64,000 nucleotides of DNA from a virus. The notes under the pieces were generated by a model, which did not search any database, had not been told where the DNA came from, and was given only the letters and a program-made list of their open reading frames with translations. A program made the translations under genes and the position numbers. The stretch lies in the IMG/VR virus record IMGVR_UViG_3300045988_085064; one strand, written 5' to 3'. Below are positions 15,699-24,921 of the stretch, piece by piece (within the stretch, counting starts at the first letter, position 1; each line of letters begins with the position of its first letter).

Positions 15699-16367
15699 AT
15701 GGGCGTAGCAGTTCTTATTTTAGGTGAAAGTGGCTCTGGTAAATCAGCGTCACTTAGAAATTTCAAGCAAGAGGATGTTGGCATCCTAAATGTAGCATCT
15801 AAACCGCTACCATTCAGAAATGTAAATAAACTACAAAGTATGAATAAAGCAACATATGCCAGTATCAAAGGCGCGGTATGTAGCGGCAAAAAGCTAAGTT
15901 GGGTCGTAGACGATGCTCAGTATCTTATGGCTTTTGAGAGCTTTGATAAAGTAAATGAAGTCGGATATGGCAAGTTCACTACGATGGCTAAGAACTATGA
16001 AGATATGTTGCGTGTTGTTCAGGAAGATACAAATCCAGATACGATTGTATATATCATGCAACATATTGATACCGATGAAAATGGCAAGGTAAAGGCTAAG
16101 ACGCTTGGCAAGATGCTAGACCAGCAGCTCACAGTAGAGGGACTGTTTAGCATTGTCCTGCTATGTAAAGCTGATGAGCGCAAGCATTATTTTATCACAC
16201 AGTCTGACGGCTCGAATCCATGCAAGTCTCCAATGGGTATGTTTGATTCTCTTGAGATTGACAATGACCTAAAGATGGTTGATGATACAATCAGAGAATA
16301 TTATGGGCTAAAGAAGGCAAGTGCGCCAAAGGCTAAACCTACTACTCCAGCTAAAAAGGCTGAGTAA
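15699..16367 (+). CDS. P-loop ATPase (Sak4/AAA_24-like recombination ATPase)
   Basis: Walker A LILGESGSGKSAS. 222 aa. Sits beside an SSB-like gene. Confidence 0.7.
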   Translation: MGVAVLILGESGSGKSASLRNFKQEDVGILNVASKPLPFRNVNKLQSMNKATYASIKGAVCSGKKLSWVVDDAQYLMAFESFDKVNEVGYGKFTTMAKNYEDMLRVVQEDTNPDTIVYIMQHIDTDENGKVKAKTLGKMLDQQLTVEGLFSIVLLCKADERKHYFITQSDGSNPCKSPMGMFDSLEIDNDLKMVDDTIREYYGLKKASAPKAKPTTPAKKAE

Positions 16368-16383
16368 GATATAAAAATAATAC

Positions 16384-16412
16384 TTGACAAATATATGGCA
16401 ATGTGATATAAT
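16384..16412 (+). promoter_or_regulatory. consensus promoter (P8)
   Basis: TTGACA 16384-16389, 17-nt spacer, TGaTATAAT. Followed by a roughly 90-nt hairpin-rich leader. Confidence 0.65.
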
Positions 16413-16514
16413 ATAGTAGAGGTCAAAGCTGGGTTGCAAACTGGCTTAGTTTAAGAGGGTTGCCTATATCAGCCCTCTACTCTAAATAAATCTTATATAG
16501 GGAGATTGATAAAG

Positions 16515-17084
16515 ATGCACAAAACTCATAATATGTCAAATACGAGAATATATCGAATTTGGAGCGATGTTAAGGCAAGATGTTATTATGTTGGCAATGA
16601 TAATTATAAATATTATGGTGAACGTGGCATAGCAATGTGTGAGGAATGGAAGGATTCATTTGAAAATTTCTATAATTGGGCAATTAGTGCTGGATATAAT
16701 GATGATTTGACATTAGATAGAATTGATACGAATAAAGGATATTACCCAGCTAATTGTAGATGGATAACCTTGACTGAACAATGTAGAAATAGGCGAAATA
16801 ACGTAAGATATAAATATAATGGTGAAGAAAAAACATTAAAAGAATGGGAAGAAATTTATGGAGTTCCTTCGGCAACATCTTGGGCACGTATAAATAAATA
16901 TGGTTGGGATGTTGCAAAAGCTATTACATATAATGAAGAAGAATTATATGAATACAATGGGAAATCTCAAATATTATCTGATTGGGCAACTGAATTAGGT
17001 ATAAAATATACAACTTTAAGAGCTAGAATAAAGGCATATAAATGGCCTATAGAAAAAGCATTTAACACAAAAACATTAAAGTGA
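16515..17084 (+). CDS. free-standing homing-endonuclease-like DNA-binding protein (AP2/HNH-associated family)
   Basis: TRIYRIWSDVKARCY...YYGERGIAMCEEW...LTLDRIDTNKGYYPANCRWIT is the pattern commonly annotated HNH/AP2 homing endonuclease in phages. Confidence 0.65.
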   Translation: MHKTHNMSNTRIYRIWSDVKARCYYVGNDNYKYYGERGIAMCEEWKDSFENFYNWAISAGYNDDLTLDRIDTNKGYYPANCRWITLTEQCRNRRNNVRYKYNGEEKTLKEWEEIYGVPSATSWARINKYGWDVAKAITYNEEELYEYNGKSQILSDWATELGIKYTTLRARIKAYKWPIEKAFNTKTLK

Positions 17085-17094
17085 GGTAATCAAA

Positions 17095-17718
17095 TTGAAA
17101 AGAATTGAAAATTGGGACTCTATCGTTGAAAGCACGTCTTTTAAGCGTCTAACACCAAATGGCTATATTTGTAAGATTTTGAAGGTGGAAGATCATCCTG
17201 AGAAAGAATATCTAAAGATTTATTTTGATATTTTCAAGGGCGATGACAAGGGATATTTCAAGAAGCAGTATGATGGAGATACACGCAAGGAAAAGAAATG
17301 GCCTAATGCTGGCACATTCATTCGCTCTTATAAGGATAGTGCGGCATCTATGTTCAAGGGCTTTACCAATGCTATTGAGCGTTCAAATAAGGGCTATCAG
17401 TGGAATTTTGATGAAAAGACACTTGTCAATAAGATCATTGGTCTAATCATTGCAGATGAGCAGTATCAGAACCAGAAGGGTCAGGTTCGTGTCCGTAACT
17501 ATGTCGCGGCTGTTCGCTCTGTTGAAACCATTGAAAAGGGCGAATATGAAATTCCTGCGCTAAAGGAACTAACAACCACTAAGACTACTACATCTACTCC
17601 TGCTAATGACCCACTACCTGATTTTGGGGATGTGTTCAATACTACGTCTACTGATACGTCTACTCCTGCTGAATCAGAAAATCCTTGGGATGATTCCGAC
17701 GAGAATCCATTTAGCTAA
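17095..17718 (+). CDS. putative ssDNA-binding protein (DUF669-like) with acidic C-terminal tip
   Basis: TTG start after GAGGTAA. The C-terminus NPWDDSDENPFS resembles SSB tails. Lies next to the Sak4-like ATPase. Confidence 0.55.
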   Translation: MKRIENWDSIVESTSFKRLTPNGYICKILKVEDHPEKEYLKIYFDIFKGDDKGYFKKQYDGDTRKEKKWPNAGTFIRSYKDSAASMFKGFTNAIERSNKGYQWNFDEKTLVNKIIGLIIADEQYQNQKGQVRVRNYVAAVRSVETIEKGEYEIPALKELTTTKTTTSTPANDPLPDFGDVFNTTSTDTSTPAESENPWDDSDENPFS

Positions 17719-17732
17719 TCTATAAAAATATT

Positions 17733-17765
17733 AAAGGCGGGGCTTGACAATCCCGCCTTTTTATT
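17733..17765 (+). terminator. rho-independent terminator with a promoter -35 in its loop
   Basis: AAAGGCGGG (17733-17741) pairs with CCCGCCTTT (17752-17760), then a T run. The loop is GCTTGACAAT. Confidence 0.7.
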
Positions 17766-17772
17766 ATATAAT
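17744..17772 (+). promoter_or_regulatory. consensus promoter (P9)
   Basis: TTGACA 17744-17749, 17-nt spacer, TATAAT 17767-17772. Confidence 0.6.
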
Positions 17773-17791
17773 AGCTGTGAGGTGATGATGT

Positions 17792-18421
17792 TTGAATAGA
17801 TTTCTATGTATATCCCAGCTACAAGAGCTGCGAATCGACATATATCAGACCCACATGAAAGCCAGATTCAGTGTCATCACCAACAATCAATGCCTCACAA
17901 TGAGCCAAACATTAAGCCGCAAATGGAATGAGGCGCAAATCAAATCATGGCTGGGTATGGCGCAATATATCCATCCACGAATAGACAGCTATATATATGT
18001 CAAAAATAAACATTATTATACAATGAAAAAATCTGATATACCTACTAGACTATTGGTATCAGGCAATATCAACGAATGGAAAAAATCATTGTATTATAAT
18101 GTACAATATTGCCGCATAATTGAAGATAATACGGCTGATAGCATGAATATAGAAATGGATGGGCAATGGGTCGATTCGAGCCGATTCCTGAACATATGCG
18201 GCGATTCACCTAGGGTATTTAATATTAAGTGTCCTGACGGCTGTGAGGGCTGTGTATGCCGATTGCGGCTTGAATATGATGCAGGATATAGCATAGAGCA
18301 AAATCGGGTTATAACGCATCCTAGCGGTATTAGAGTGGTTGATTGTAAGAGGATAGATGCGGCTATGAGCCAAGAAGAAATTGATAAGTGGATGTTAGAA
18401 TATGAGATAATTTCCTCTTGA
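17792..18421 (+). CDS. hypothetical protein
   Basis: 209-aa ORF. TTG start after GAGGTGA. Confidence 0.5.
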   Translation: MNRFLCISQLQELRIDIYQTHMKARFSVITNNQCLTMSQTLSRKWNEAQIKSWLGMAQYIHPRIDSYIYVKNKHYYTMKKSDIPTRLLVSGNINEWKKSLYYNVQYCRIIEDNTADSMNIEMDGQWVDSSRFLNICGDSPRVFNIKCPDGCEGCVCRLRLEYDAGYSIEQNRVITHPSGIRVVDCKRIDAAMSQEEIDKWMLEYEIISS

Positions 18422-18446
18422 CAACCTCCTATTTCTATGCTATAAT
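18418..18446 (+). promoter_or_regulatory. consensus promoter (P10) with SD-complementary spacer
   Basis: TTGACA 18418-18423, 17-nt spacer, TGcTATAAT. Positions 18421-18430 are the perfect complement of 18465-18474. Confidence 0.65.
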
Positions 18447-18480
18447 TAAGTCAACAAATGAAACAGGAGGTTGTTTTATT

Positions 18481-18618
18481 ATGACTTGGAAAGTATGGTT
18501 TGATGGTGATGAATGCCAGAACGTGATTATTGTTCAGTGTGATTCTTTTGATGAGGCAATTAAATATGTACGAACGATTGATGAACGGTATGACACAGCA
18601 CAGGTGGTAAGCAAATGA
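18481..18618 (+). CDS. hypothetical small protein (45 aa)
   Basis: ATG 18481 follows AGGAGG (18465-18470). Track start 18418 is the promoter -35 itself. Confidence 0.5.
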   Translation: MTWKVWFDGDECQNVIIVQCDSFDEAIKYVRTIDERYDTAQVVSK

Positions 18619-19097
18619 GAAAGCCACCTACAATTAAATGCCGCCAATGCGGTAAATCAACGTTAAAACAAAATGCAATTGAATATAAGCCTAAATTCTA
18701 TTTTTGTTGTGAACAATGCAAGCAAGATTATATCAATACTCATACTGCTAAGTCAAAGCCAGAATCAAAAGATGATAGGCGCAAATTGTTAGATTATATA
18801 CGTCAAATCTCCCCTGATGCCAATATGCGGCTTGTAGGTATACAGCTTGCTCAGTTAATGAAAGATAATCCTGATATGACATGTGGCGGCATTGCTTATA
18901 CCATTAGATATATCCATAAGGAGCAAGGATTGGATATATCTAAATCACCACTTGGACTGGTCAAATATAAATATGATGAATGTAAAAAATATTATACTTG
19001 GCTAAATCAGGTAAAGCAGAATATACAGCAATGGAAAGCTGAAGATGGGGTTGAGACGATTATGAAAAGAAATGATGAGGAGGATGTGTTTGGATGA
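18615..19097 (+). CDS. zinc-ribbon protein
   Basis: N-terminal CRQCG...CCEQC motif. 160 aa. Confidence 0.55.
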   Translation: MRKPPTIKCRQCGKSTLKQNAIEYKPKFYFCCEQCKQDYINTHTAKSKPESKDDRRKLLDYIRQISPDANMRLVGIQLAQLMKDNPDMTCGGIAYTIRYIHKEQGLDISKSPLGLVKYKYDECKKYYTWLNQVKQNIQQWKAEDGVETIMKRNDEEDVFG

Positions 19098-19312
19098 TTT
19101 TAATTGAATACTATCCGGGATATGATATTGGCTATGACGCTACTAAGATGTATGTTGATATTTCAAGTATTCAATATATTACTTATACTTATGTCAGAGG
19201 GCATAAGTATCTAGTTATTGGACTCAATGGGGAATCTTTTACTCTAACAGATGAGAGTGGCAAGGATTTGTTGGGTATCATGGGATTGTCTAAGGAGGAT
19301 TTGATGTCATGA
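19094..19312 (+). CDS. hypothetical protein
   Basis: 72-aa coupled ORF. Confidence 0.5.
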   Translation: MILIEYYPGYDIGYDATKMYVDISSIQYITYTYVRGHKYLVIGLNGESFTLTDESGKDLLGIMGLSKEDLMS

Positions 19313-19560
19313 AACAATATGTCAATGAATATGATGAAGCTCTCAATGCTCTAACTAGCGGTATGCTTGATACAAGTGATATTGAGCCATATATGGGTGC
19401 TATTGTTGGAGCATTGCAGAAACAAATCCCCATATATGCGGTTGGTGTGCGCTCATCTGGATTGTACAAAGATAGTGGCATTTGCCAGTTATGTGGTAAT
19501 GATGTCAACTCATATATGCAATATTGTGAATGTTGTGGGCAAGCGTTGAAATGGAAATGA
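19309..19560 (+). CDS. hypothetical protein with C-terminal zinc ribbon
   Basis: 83 aa, with CQLCGN...CECCG. Confidence 0.5.
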   Translation: MKQYVNEYDEALNALTSGMLDTSDIEPYMGAIVGALQKQIPIYAVGVRSSGLYKDSGICQLCGNDVNSYMQYCECCGQALKWK

Positions 19561-19670
19561 TAATGTGTCCATATAAAGATGGTGCTAAATGTACCGCTCC
19601 TGATACAGATTGCCTGCATTGGCAAGGCACATTTTGTGAATTAGATGAATCGAGCAAGGAGGAATAATCA

Positions 19671-21143
19671 TTGCTCTATGACCAAAATTCTGTTAGGTTG
19701 CTATTGGGTTGTTTGCTAATTAAGTCGTCTCTTGCTATTTCCGACAAGTATCCTTTAAGCCGTGATGATTTCACGGTCGATTTCCATCTCAGATTGTGGC
19801 AAGGGTGCGTTGCTCTAGCTAAACGTGGGGCTGAATCTATATCTGCCCTAGACCTCTATATGCTATGTAAGAATAATAAGCAGGTAGAGGATATATTCAA
19901 GTTAAATCAGCTAGACGATTTTATTGATACTGTTAAGCAACTTGCTAATGTGGGCAATTTTGAGGTATATTACAACAATGTGCGCCGCGCAACATTACTC
20001 CGTTCATATAAAAATGCTGGCTATAACGTAGACAAATTTGAGCAAGACGATAAAGCAACCATAGAAGATATAGTACAATATTTTGACGCACAACAGATAG
20101 CTATAAAGAAGCAATTCTATAAAGACAAAGATATAGATGAGCTAAAAGCCGGTGATGGATTTGAGGCGGTTAAAGAGGGTTTCAAAGCAGAACCGCTATT
20201 CGGCGCAACAACTTTTAGTGAATATCTAAACACAGCTGCTAGAGGTTGGATTCCGGGACAGCTATCTATCTATTCAGTCGGCTCAGGTGTAGGCAAGTCA
20301 ACTATTGGCTTGGCTAATCTTGTGCAAGTATGTTGCCCTAGAATCTATGATATAGACAAGGGGCAATATGTAGATAATCCATGTTATCAGCATAAGGCTG
20401 GTCTATATCTTCAATTTGAGATGGCTGGTGATACTGAAATCACGCCCAAGATTGTGGCTACAATTAGCGGCGTACCATGTTTTAGCATCTTAAATGGGCG
20501 ATATGAAGAAGGTGAAGAAGAACGTGTAGATGAGGCTATTAAAATCCTGCATGAATCTAAGCTATATATTGTCACCATGCCTAATTATACTGTTGATTTG
20601 ATTGAATCATATGTAAAGGATTATGTGGTAAATAAGCAAGTAGGCTTTCTATGTTATGATTATATCGTTGAATCATCATCCGTATCGAGTGACCTAGCTA
20701 AAAAGAACGGCGTATCTACTCGTTCAGATCAGGTGCTATCTGGTATAGCAAGTAAGCTCAAGGATTTAGCTGTTGAATATAATATAGCAGTACTTACATT
20801 TACTCAGGTCAATGCTAATGCTATGACGCAAGAAATTATGGATAGTGGTGTTGCGGCTGGTTCAAGAGCGATTCAGAACAAGGCTGATGTGGCCGGTGTA
20901 ATTATGCCTTTGCGCCGTAAAGAGCAAGAGATAGCTGATATGATGATGGAGAAATATCCTGATAAAACAAAGCCAAATCGCGTGCTGCATCTCTATAAAA
21001 TGCGCTTTTCACAGGTTGAACAGGGTATTAAGATATATTTTAATCTTGACTTGAATACTGGACGAACAAAGGATTGTTTTGTAACGAGCAAGTTCGACAA
21101 TCCAATACAGCTTCAAAGAACAAGGTTGGTGTATGCGAAATGA
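19671..21143 (+). CDS. dnaB: replicative DNA helicase (DnaB family)
   Basis: 490 aa. Walker A SVGSGVGKSTIGLAN. RecA-like C-terminal domain. TTG start after AAGGAGGA. Confidence 0.85.
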   Translation: MLYDQNSVRLLLGCLLIKSSLAISDKYPLSRDDFTVDFHLRLWQGCVALAKRGAESISALDLYMLCKNNKQVEDIFKLNQLDDFIDTVKQLANVGNFEVYYNNVRRATLLRSYKNAGYNVDKFEQDDKATIEDIVQYFDAQQIAIKKQFYKDKDIDELKAGDGFEAVKEGFKAEPLFGATTFSEYLNTAARGWIPGQLSIYSVGSGVGKSTIGLANLVQVCCPRIYDIDKGQYVDNPCYQHKAGLYLQFEMAGDTEITPKIVATISGVPCFSILNGRYEEGEEERVDEAIKILHESKLYIVTMPNYTVDLIESYVKDYVVNKQVGFLCYDYIVESSSVSSDLAKKNGVSTRSDQVLSGIASKLKDLAVEYNIAVLTFTQVNANAMTQEIMDSGVAAGSRAIQNKADVAGVIMPLRRKEQEIADMMMEKYPDKTKPNRVLHLYKMRFSQVEQGIKIYFNLDLNTGRTKDCFVTSKFDNPIQLQRTRLVYAK

Positions 21144-22192
21144 TTGACATTCAATCTCTCAAATCCCAACTAACCGATGACCGCATTATAGAGCTAATGG
21201 ACGCTATGGGTGCGCCATTAATGAAGGCTGATAGTAATAATTTGATATTCGGCTCAATTTGTCATTGGGGTGCTGATTGGGATAAACACAAGCCCAAATT
21301 ATGGTACTATATAAAATCAGGTTCATTTCACTGTTGGAGCTGCGGCTTTTCAGGCGATACCATATCTCTAGTTCAGTACGTCAAGCATCTTGACTTCAAT
21401 CAAGCTGTATCATATATCTGCTCAATCCTACATCTACAAGTAGGGCAAATAGAACAGAATGGGCAGATTGATAATTGGGCTGAATTGCGCCGATTCTTAC
21501 CTAATGCTGAGCCAGAGCCAGACAAGCTATTGACATATGACAAGTCCATATTATCTCTATTTGACCATTTATATCCGCAAGAATGGCTGGATTATGGTAT
21601 TTCAGCGGATATACTTGATAAATTTGGTATAGGCTGGTATGCGCGTCAGGCGTGCATATCAATACCTGTCGTGTTTAATGGACAACTAGTAGGTGTAAGG
21701 GGGCGATATACAAGAGAGCAGGATGTGGTTAAAGGCAAATATAGACAAATATGTACGCTGGATGGTACAGTGCTAAAGCTGGCAACATCACAAGTCATGT
21801 ATGGCTACGACCAAAATAAAGCCGCTATTGAAAAGTCGCGTCAAGTGGTGCTATTTGAATCAGAAAAAAGCGTACTCAAGTCGCCCAAATACGGTATAAA
21901 TAATGCTCTAGCCGTCTTTGGCTCTAATATAAGCAAGCAGCATATACAACTATTGCTAGAGCTGGGCGTGAATGATGTGGTGCTTGCGTTTGATAGCGAT
22001 TATAAGCAAGTAGGCGATGAGGAATTTAAGTTCTTTGTAGTCAAGCTGAAGAAATTAGCGGTTAAGTTAAAGCCTTTCTTCAACTGTTCGATAGTCTATA
22101 ATAATCAAGGTTATGATATGTATAAATGCAATATGATGGACATACCATATGAGCAAGCAATGAAATTATGGGAAAGTAGGGTAAAAATATGA
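21140..22192 (+). CDS. dnaG: DNA primase (zinc-finger + TOPRIM)
   Basis: ATG 21140 overlaps the dnaB stop. CHC2-type zinc finger FHCWSCGFSGDTISL. TOPRIM-like VVLFESEKSVL...VLAFDSD. Confidence 0.8.
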   Translation: MIDIQSLKSQLTDDRIIELMDAMGAPLMKADSNNLIFGSICHWGADWDKHKPKLWYYIKSGSFHCWSCGFSGDTISLVQYVKHLDFNQAVSYICSILHLQVGQIEQNGQIDNWAELRRFLPNAEPEPDKLLTYDKSILSLFDHLYPQEWLDYGISADILDKFGIGWYARQACISIPVVFNGQLVGVRGRYTREQDVVKGKYRQICTLDGTVLKLATSQVMYGYDQNKAAIEKSRQVVLFESEKSVLKSPKYGINNALAVFGSNISKQHIQLLLELGVNDVVLAFDSDYKQVGDEEFKFFVVKLKKLAVKLKPFFNCSIVYNNQGYDMYKCNMMDIPYEQAMKLWESRVKI

Positions 22193-22488
22193 GTAAACCA
22201 GTTATGGAAAAATTTCTGAATGGAGAAAAGCTAACAGAAGAAGATCGCTCTAATTTAGCATGGGGTTTTCTTGATGATGAAGGATATGAATATGTAGACC
22301 AAATTGATGGCGCATCTGGTAGATGGACACAAGAGACGCAAACTGTGTTTAAATATAATGGTGAATATTGGGCTATTGACTGGCGCTTTGGTTTAACTGA
22401 ATATCAAGAAAATGAATATCCGTCAAATCCATATCGTGTTGAGCGTAAAGAACGTGTTGTTACTGTTGTGGATTGGGTGAGAGTATGA
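22189..22488 (+). CDS. hypothetical protein
   Basis: 99-aa coupled ORF. Confidence 0.5.
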   Translation: MSKPVMEKFLNGEKLTEEDRSNLAWGFLDDEGYEYVDQIDGASGRWTQETQTVFKYNGEYWAIDWRFGLTEYQENEYPSNPYRVERKERVVTVVDWVRV

Positions 22489-22611
22489 GAGGCAAATGTA
22501 AGTATGCGCATGAATGCCGTTATCAGCGATATGTGGACGGAAAATAGCGCACTGTGGTTAGAACAGAATGTTGGGCTACCAAAGAGCCGTTTATAAGGAG
22601 GCTGATTTTTT

Positions 22612-24288
22612 ATTAAGATTCATCCACTACTTGGTTCCCTTAATGAAGCCACATTTTTAAGGGATTTACTTCATACCTACGGCATATCTGATATTGACGC
22701 ATATCTAAATCCAGATAAGATTGAATATCAATCGCCCGATATGTATAAGAATATGGATGTGGCTGTGAATCTATTCAATCATACCAAAGGCTCTGTTGGT
22801 ATTGTTATTGATAGTGATCTTGATGGAGCTTGTTCGGCGGCTATTGCCTATATGCTATGTATTGAGAACGGGCTAGAGGACATTCGTATTTATAGTCATG
22901 CTGGTAAAGAGCATGGGTTATCAGACCTAACAGGTCAAATCACCATTGATGAATTAGATTTGTTAATTGTGCCAGATGCCGGGTCGAACGATATATATCA
23001 ATGTGAAGAACTGATGTGTATGGGTATTGATGTTATAATCTTAGACCATCACATCATTGAGAAGTCAAATAAGTATGCTACAGTAGTCAATCCATATAAT
23101 AGTGCTATTATTCGACCAATGCCAGATGACCAAATGGAGTCAATCGAACACAAATATTGGGGCGTTGGTGGCGATGTCACATACACTTGTAATGCCGACA
23201 TCAGTGGCACAGGCGTTGTAGAAAAATTTGCTTGTGCACTTGGCTCTAAGCAATCTTTCAAAGACCTAGTAGCTGTTAGCCTAATCTCTGATATTTGCAA
23301 TTTGCGCTCACTTGAGAATCGCAAATATGTATATGACGGATTGACTAATCCTACTAATCCATTTATCAAATACTGCCTAGAGCATTGTTGCAATCGCGGC
23401 GTTAATCCAGAGGGTGTGGCATTTGGGATAGCGCCTCTTGCTAATGCGCTTGCTCGTAGCGATGACCAGTCTACTAAGCGGCTATTCTTTGATGCGCTGA
23501 TTGGCAAGATTGAGCCAGAAGCCGCAGTAAAGGCTATGAAAGCCGTAAAATCTAAGCAGGATTATCAAGTCAAGAAGGTCGTAGATAAGCTGTCTGATGG
23601 ACTTGACACATCTCATAAGGTCATTATCGGCTTTGGTGAACCTGAGAATAAGTCCTATTTAGGGCTTGTAGCCAATAAATTCTGTGGAAAATACAATAAG
23701 CCGACATTCCTATTGAGAGAACTAAATAGCACAACATGGTCTGGCTCGATGCGTAGTCCTATTGATTTACTTGAGATTATCAATAAATCAGGATTGGCTA
23801 AATGTCAAGGACATGGCGCCGCAGCTGGCATAACCGTCAAGAAAAGCAACTTAAAGAGATTTGCACGATTCTTAGACGGGCTTGATTTGGACGTAGAGCC
23901 AGATATTGAGGTGGCGGCTCAGATCGCGCCTAATAATATCACACACAATCTTGCAAATCTGTGTGTAGAAAATAATATTCTATGGGGTCAAGGTGTACCG
24001 AAGCCGCTATTCCATCTAACCCTATCATCCCCTCAAATCTATATCTATCGTAATCGCTCAACTACTGTCAAGTTGATTCAGGATGATGTTGAGTTCATTA
24101 AATTCTTTGTTAGTAATGAAGAGGCAAGCCAATTTGAATCAGCTCAAGGTAAATCTATTGAGGTGGTAGTATCGCTTGGATTGAATGAATATAATGGACA
24201 GATTAAGCCACAAGCAATTATTGAGCTATATGAAATTATTGATAAACCAAATGATAATGAAATTGATTGGGAGGTGATTTTCCACTAA
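22612..24288 (+). CDS. DHH-family phosphoesterase / RecJ-like exonuclease
   Basis: Motifs DSDLDGACSAA, VPDAGSND, LDHH and GHGAAAG. Conserved-looking sequence extends upstream of ATG 22741 to a stop at 22603. The only plausible start after AAGGAGG is ATT 22612. Confidence 0.75.
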   Translation: MKIHPLLGSLNEATFLRDLLHTYGISDIDAYLNPDKIEYQSPDMYKNMDVAVNLFNHTKGSVGIVIDSDLDGACSAAIAYMLCIENGLEDIRIYSHAGKEHGLSDLTGQITIDELDLLIVPDAGSNDIYQCEELMCMGIDVIILDHHIIEKSNKYATVVNPYNSAIIRPMPDDQMESIEHKYWGVGGDVTYTCNADISGTGVVEKFACALGSKQSFKDLVAVSLISDICNLRSLENRKYVYDGLTNPTNPFIKYCLEHCCNRGVNPEGVAFGIAPLANALARSDDQSTKRLFFDALIGKIEPEAAVKAMKAVKSKQDYQVKKVVDKLSDGLDTSHKVIIGFGEPENKSYLGLVANKFCGKYNKPTFLLRELNSTTWSGSMRSPIDLLEIINKSGLAKCQGHGAAAGITVKKSNLKRFARFLDGLDLDVEPDIEVAAQIAPNNITHNLANLCVENNILWGQGVPKPLFHLTLSSPQIYIYRNRSTTVKLIQDDVEFIKFFVSNEEASQFESAQGKSIEVVVSLGLNEYNGQIKPQAIIELYEIIDKPNDNEIDWEVIFH

Positions 24289-24479
24289 TGTATATCGCAA
24301 AGAGGCACATCAAACAGGCCATCATGGAGAATGGTGGAAATGCCACATTTGACAAGATTGCTGATTGGACTGAATATGAGTGTATCAATCTGAATGCCCG
24401 TATCAATGAGATGGTAAATAATGGCGAGCTGGTCAGACGTGACAATAGATATTATTTGAAAGGAGAAAGAAGAAATTGA
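24288..24479 (+). CDS. hypothetical small protein
   Basis: ATG 24288 overlaps the upstream stop. Confidence 0.45.
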   Translation: MYIAKRHIKQAIMENGGNATFDKIADWTEYECINLNARINEMVNNGELVRRDNRYYLKGERRN

Positions 24480-24655
24480 GCAGAGCAGAAAGAAATCGTC
24501 GCAAACGGACTGAGCATCCCCTAAAATATGCTCCTATCAAATGTCCAAATTGCGGCTTAATGGTAGATGAAAAATATGTAGTTGACATAAATTCTACTTG
24601 TCCTATTTGTGGCAGAGAGCTATTTGCAGAGTTAAAGAAAATGATTGAAAAATAA
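24476..24655 (+). CDS. zinc-ribbon protein (59 aa)
   Basis: TTG 24476 overlaps the upstream TGA. Contains CPNCG...CPICG. Below the track cutoff. Confidence 0.4.
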   Translation: MSRAERNRRKRTEHPLKYAPIKCPNCGLMVDEKYVVDINSTCPICGRELFAELKKMIEK

Positions 24656-24667
24656 TTAAAATAATGC

Positions 24668-24696
24668 TTGACAACCTCTTGTTACTATGATATACT
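24668..24696 (+). promoter_or_regulatory. sigma70-type promoter (P11) with SD-complementary spacer
   Basis: TTGACA 24668-24673, 17-nt spacer, TGaTATACT. Positions 24671-24683 pair with 24710-24722. Confidence 0.65.
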
Positions 24697-24729
24697 TGAT
24701 TTATCAAAGAACAGGAGGTTGTTTTAATT

Positions 24730-24921
24730 ATGAAACGGGTAAAAGGTTCTATCTACGTCAGAGCATTAGGTGAATATAATTGGGAATTTTATGTACCAGA
24801 CGATGCGACAGATGACGAAATTAGAGAACAAGTTGAAGAAATCTGTAACTATGATATTGACTATACTGTAGAAGAGGGATATGAAGAGTACACTGAAACG
24901 CGCTATAGAAAGAAGTGGTGA
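24730..24921 (+). CDS. hypothetical acidic small protein
   Basis: ATG 24730 follows AGGAGG (24713-24718). Confidence 0.5.
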   Translation: MKRVKGSIYVRALGEYNWEFYVPDDATDDEIREQVEEICNYDIDYTVEEGYEEYTETRYRKKW

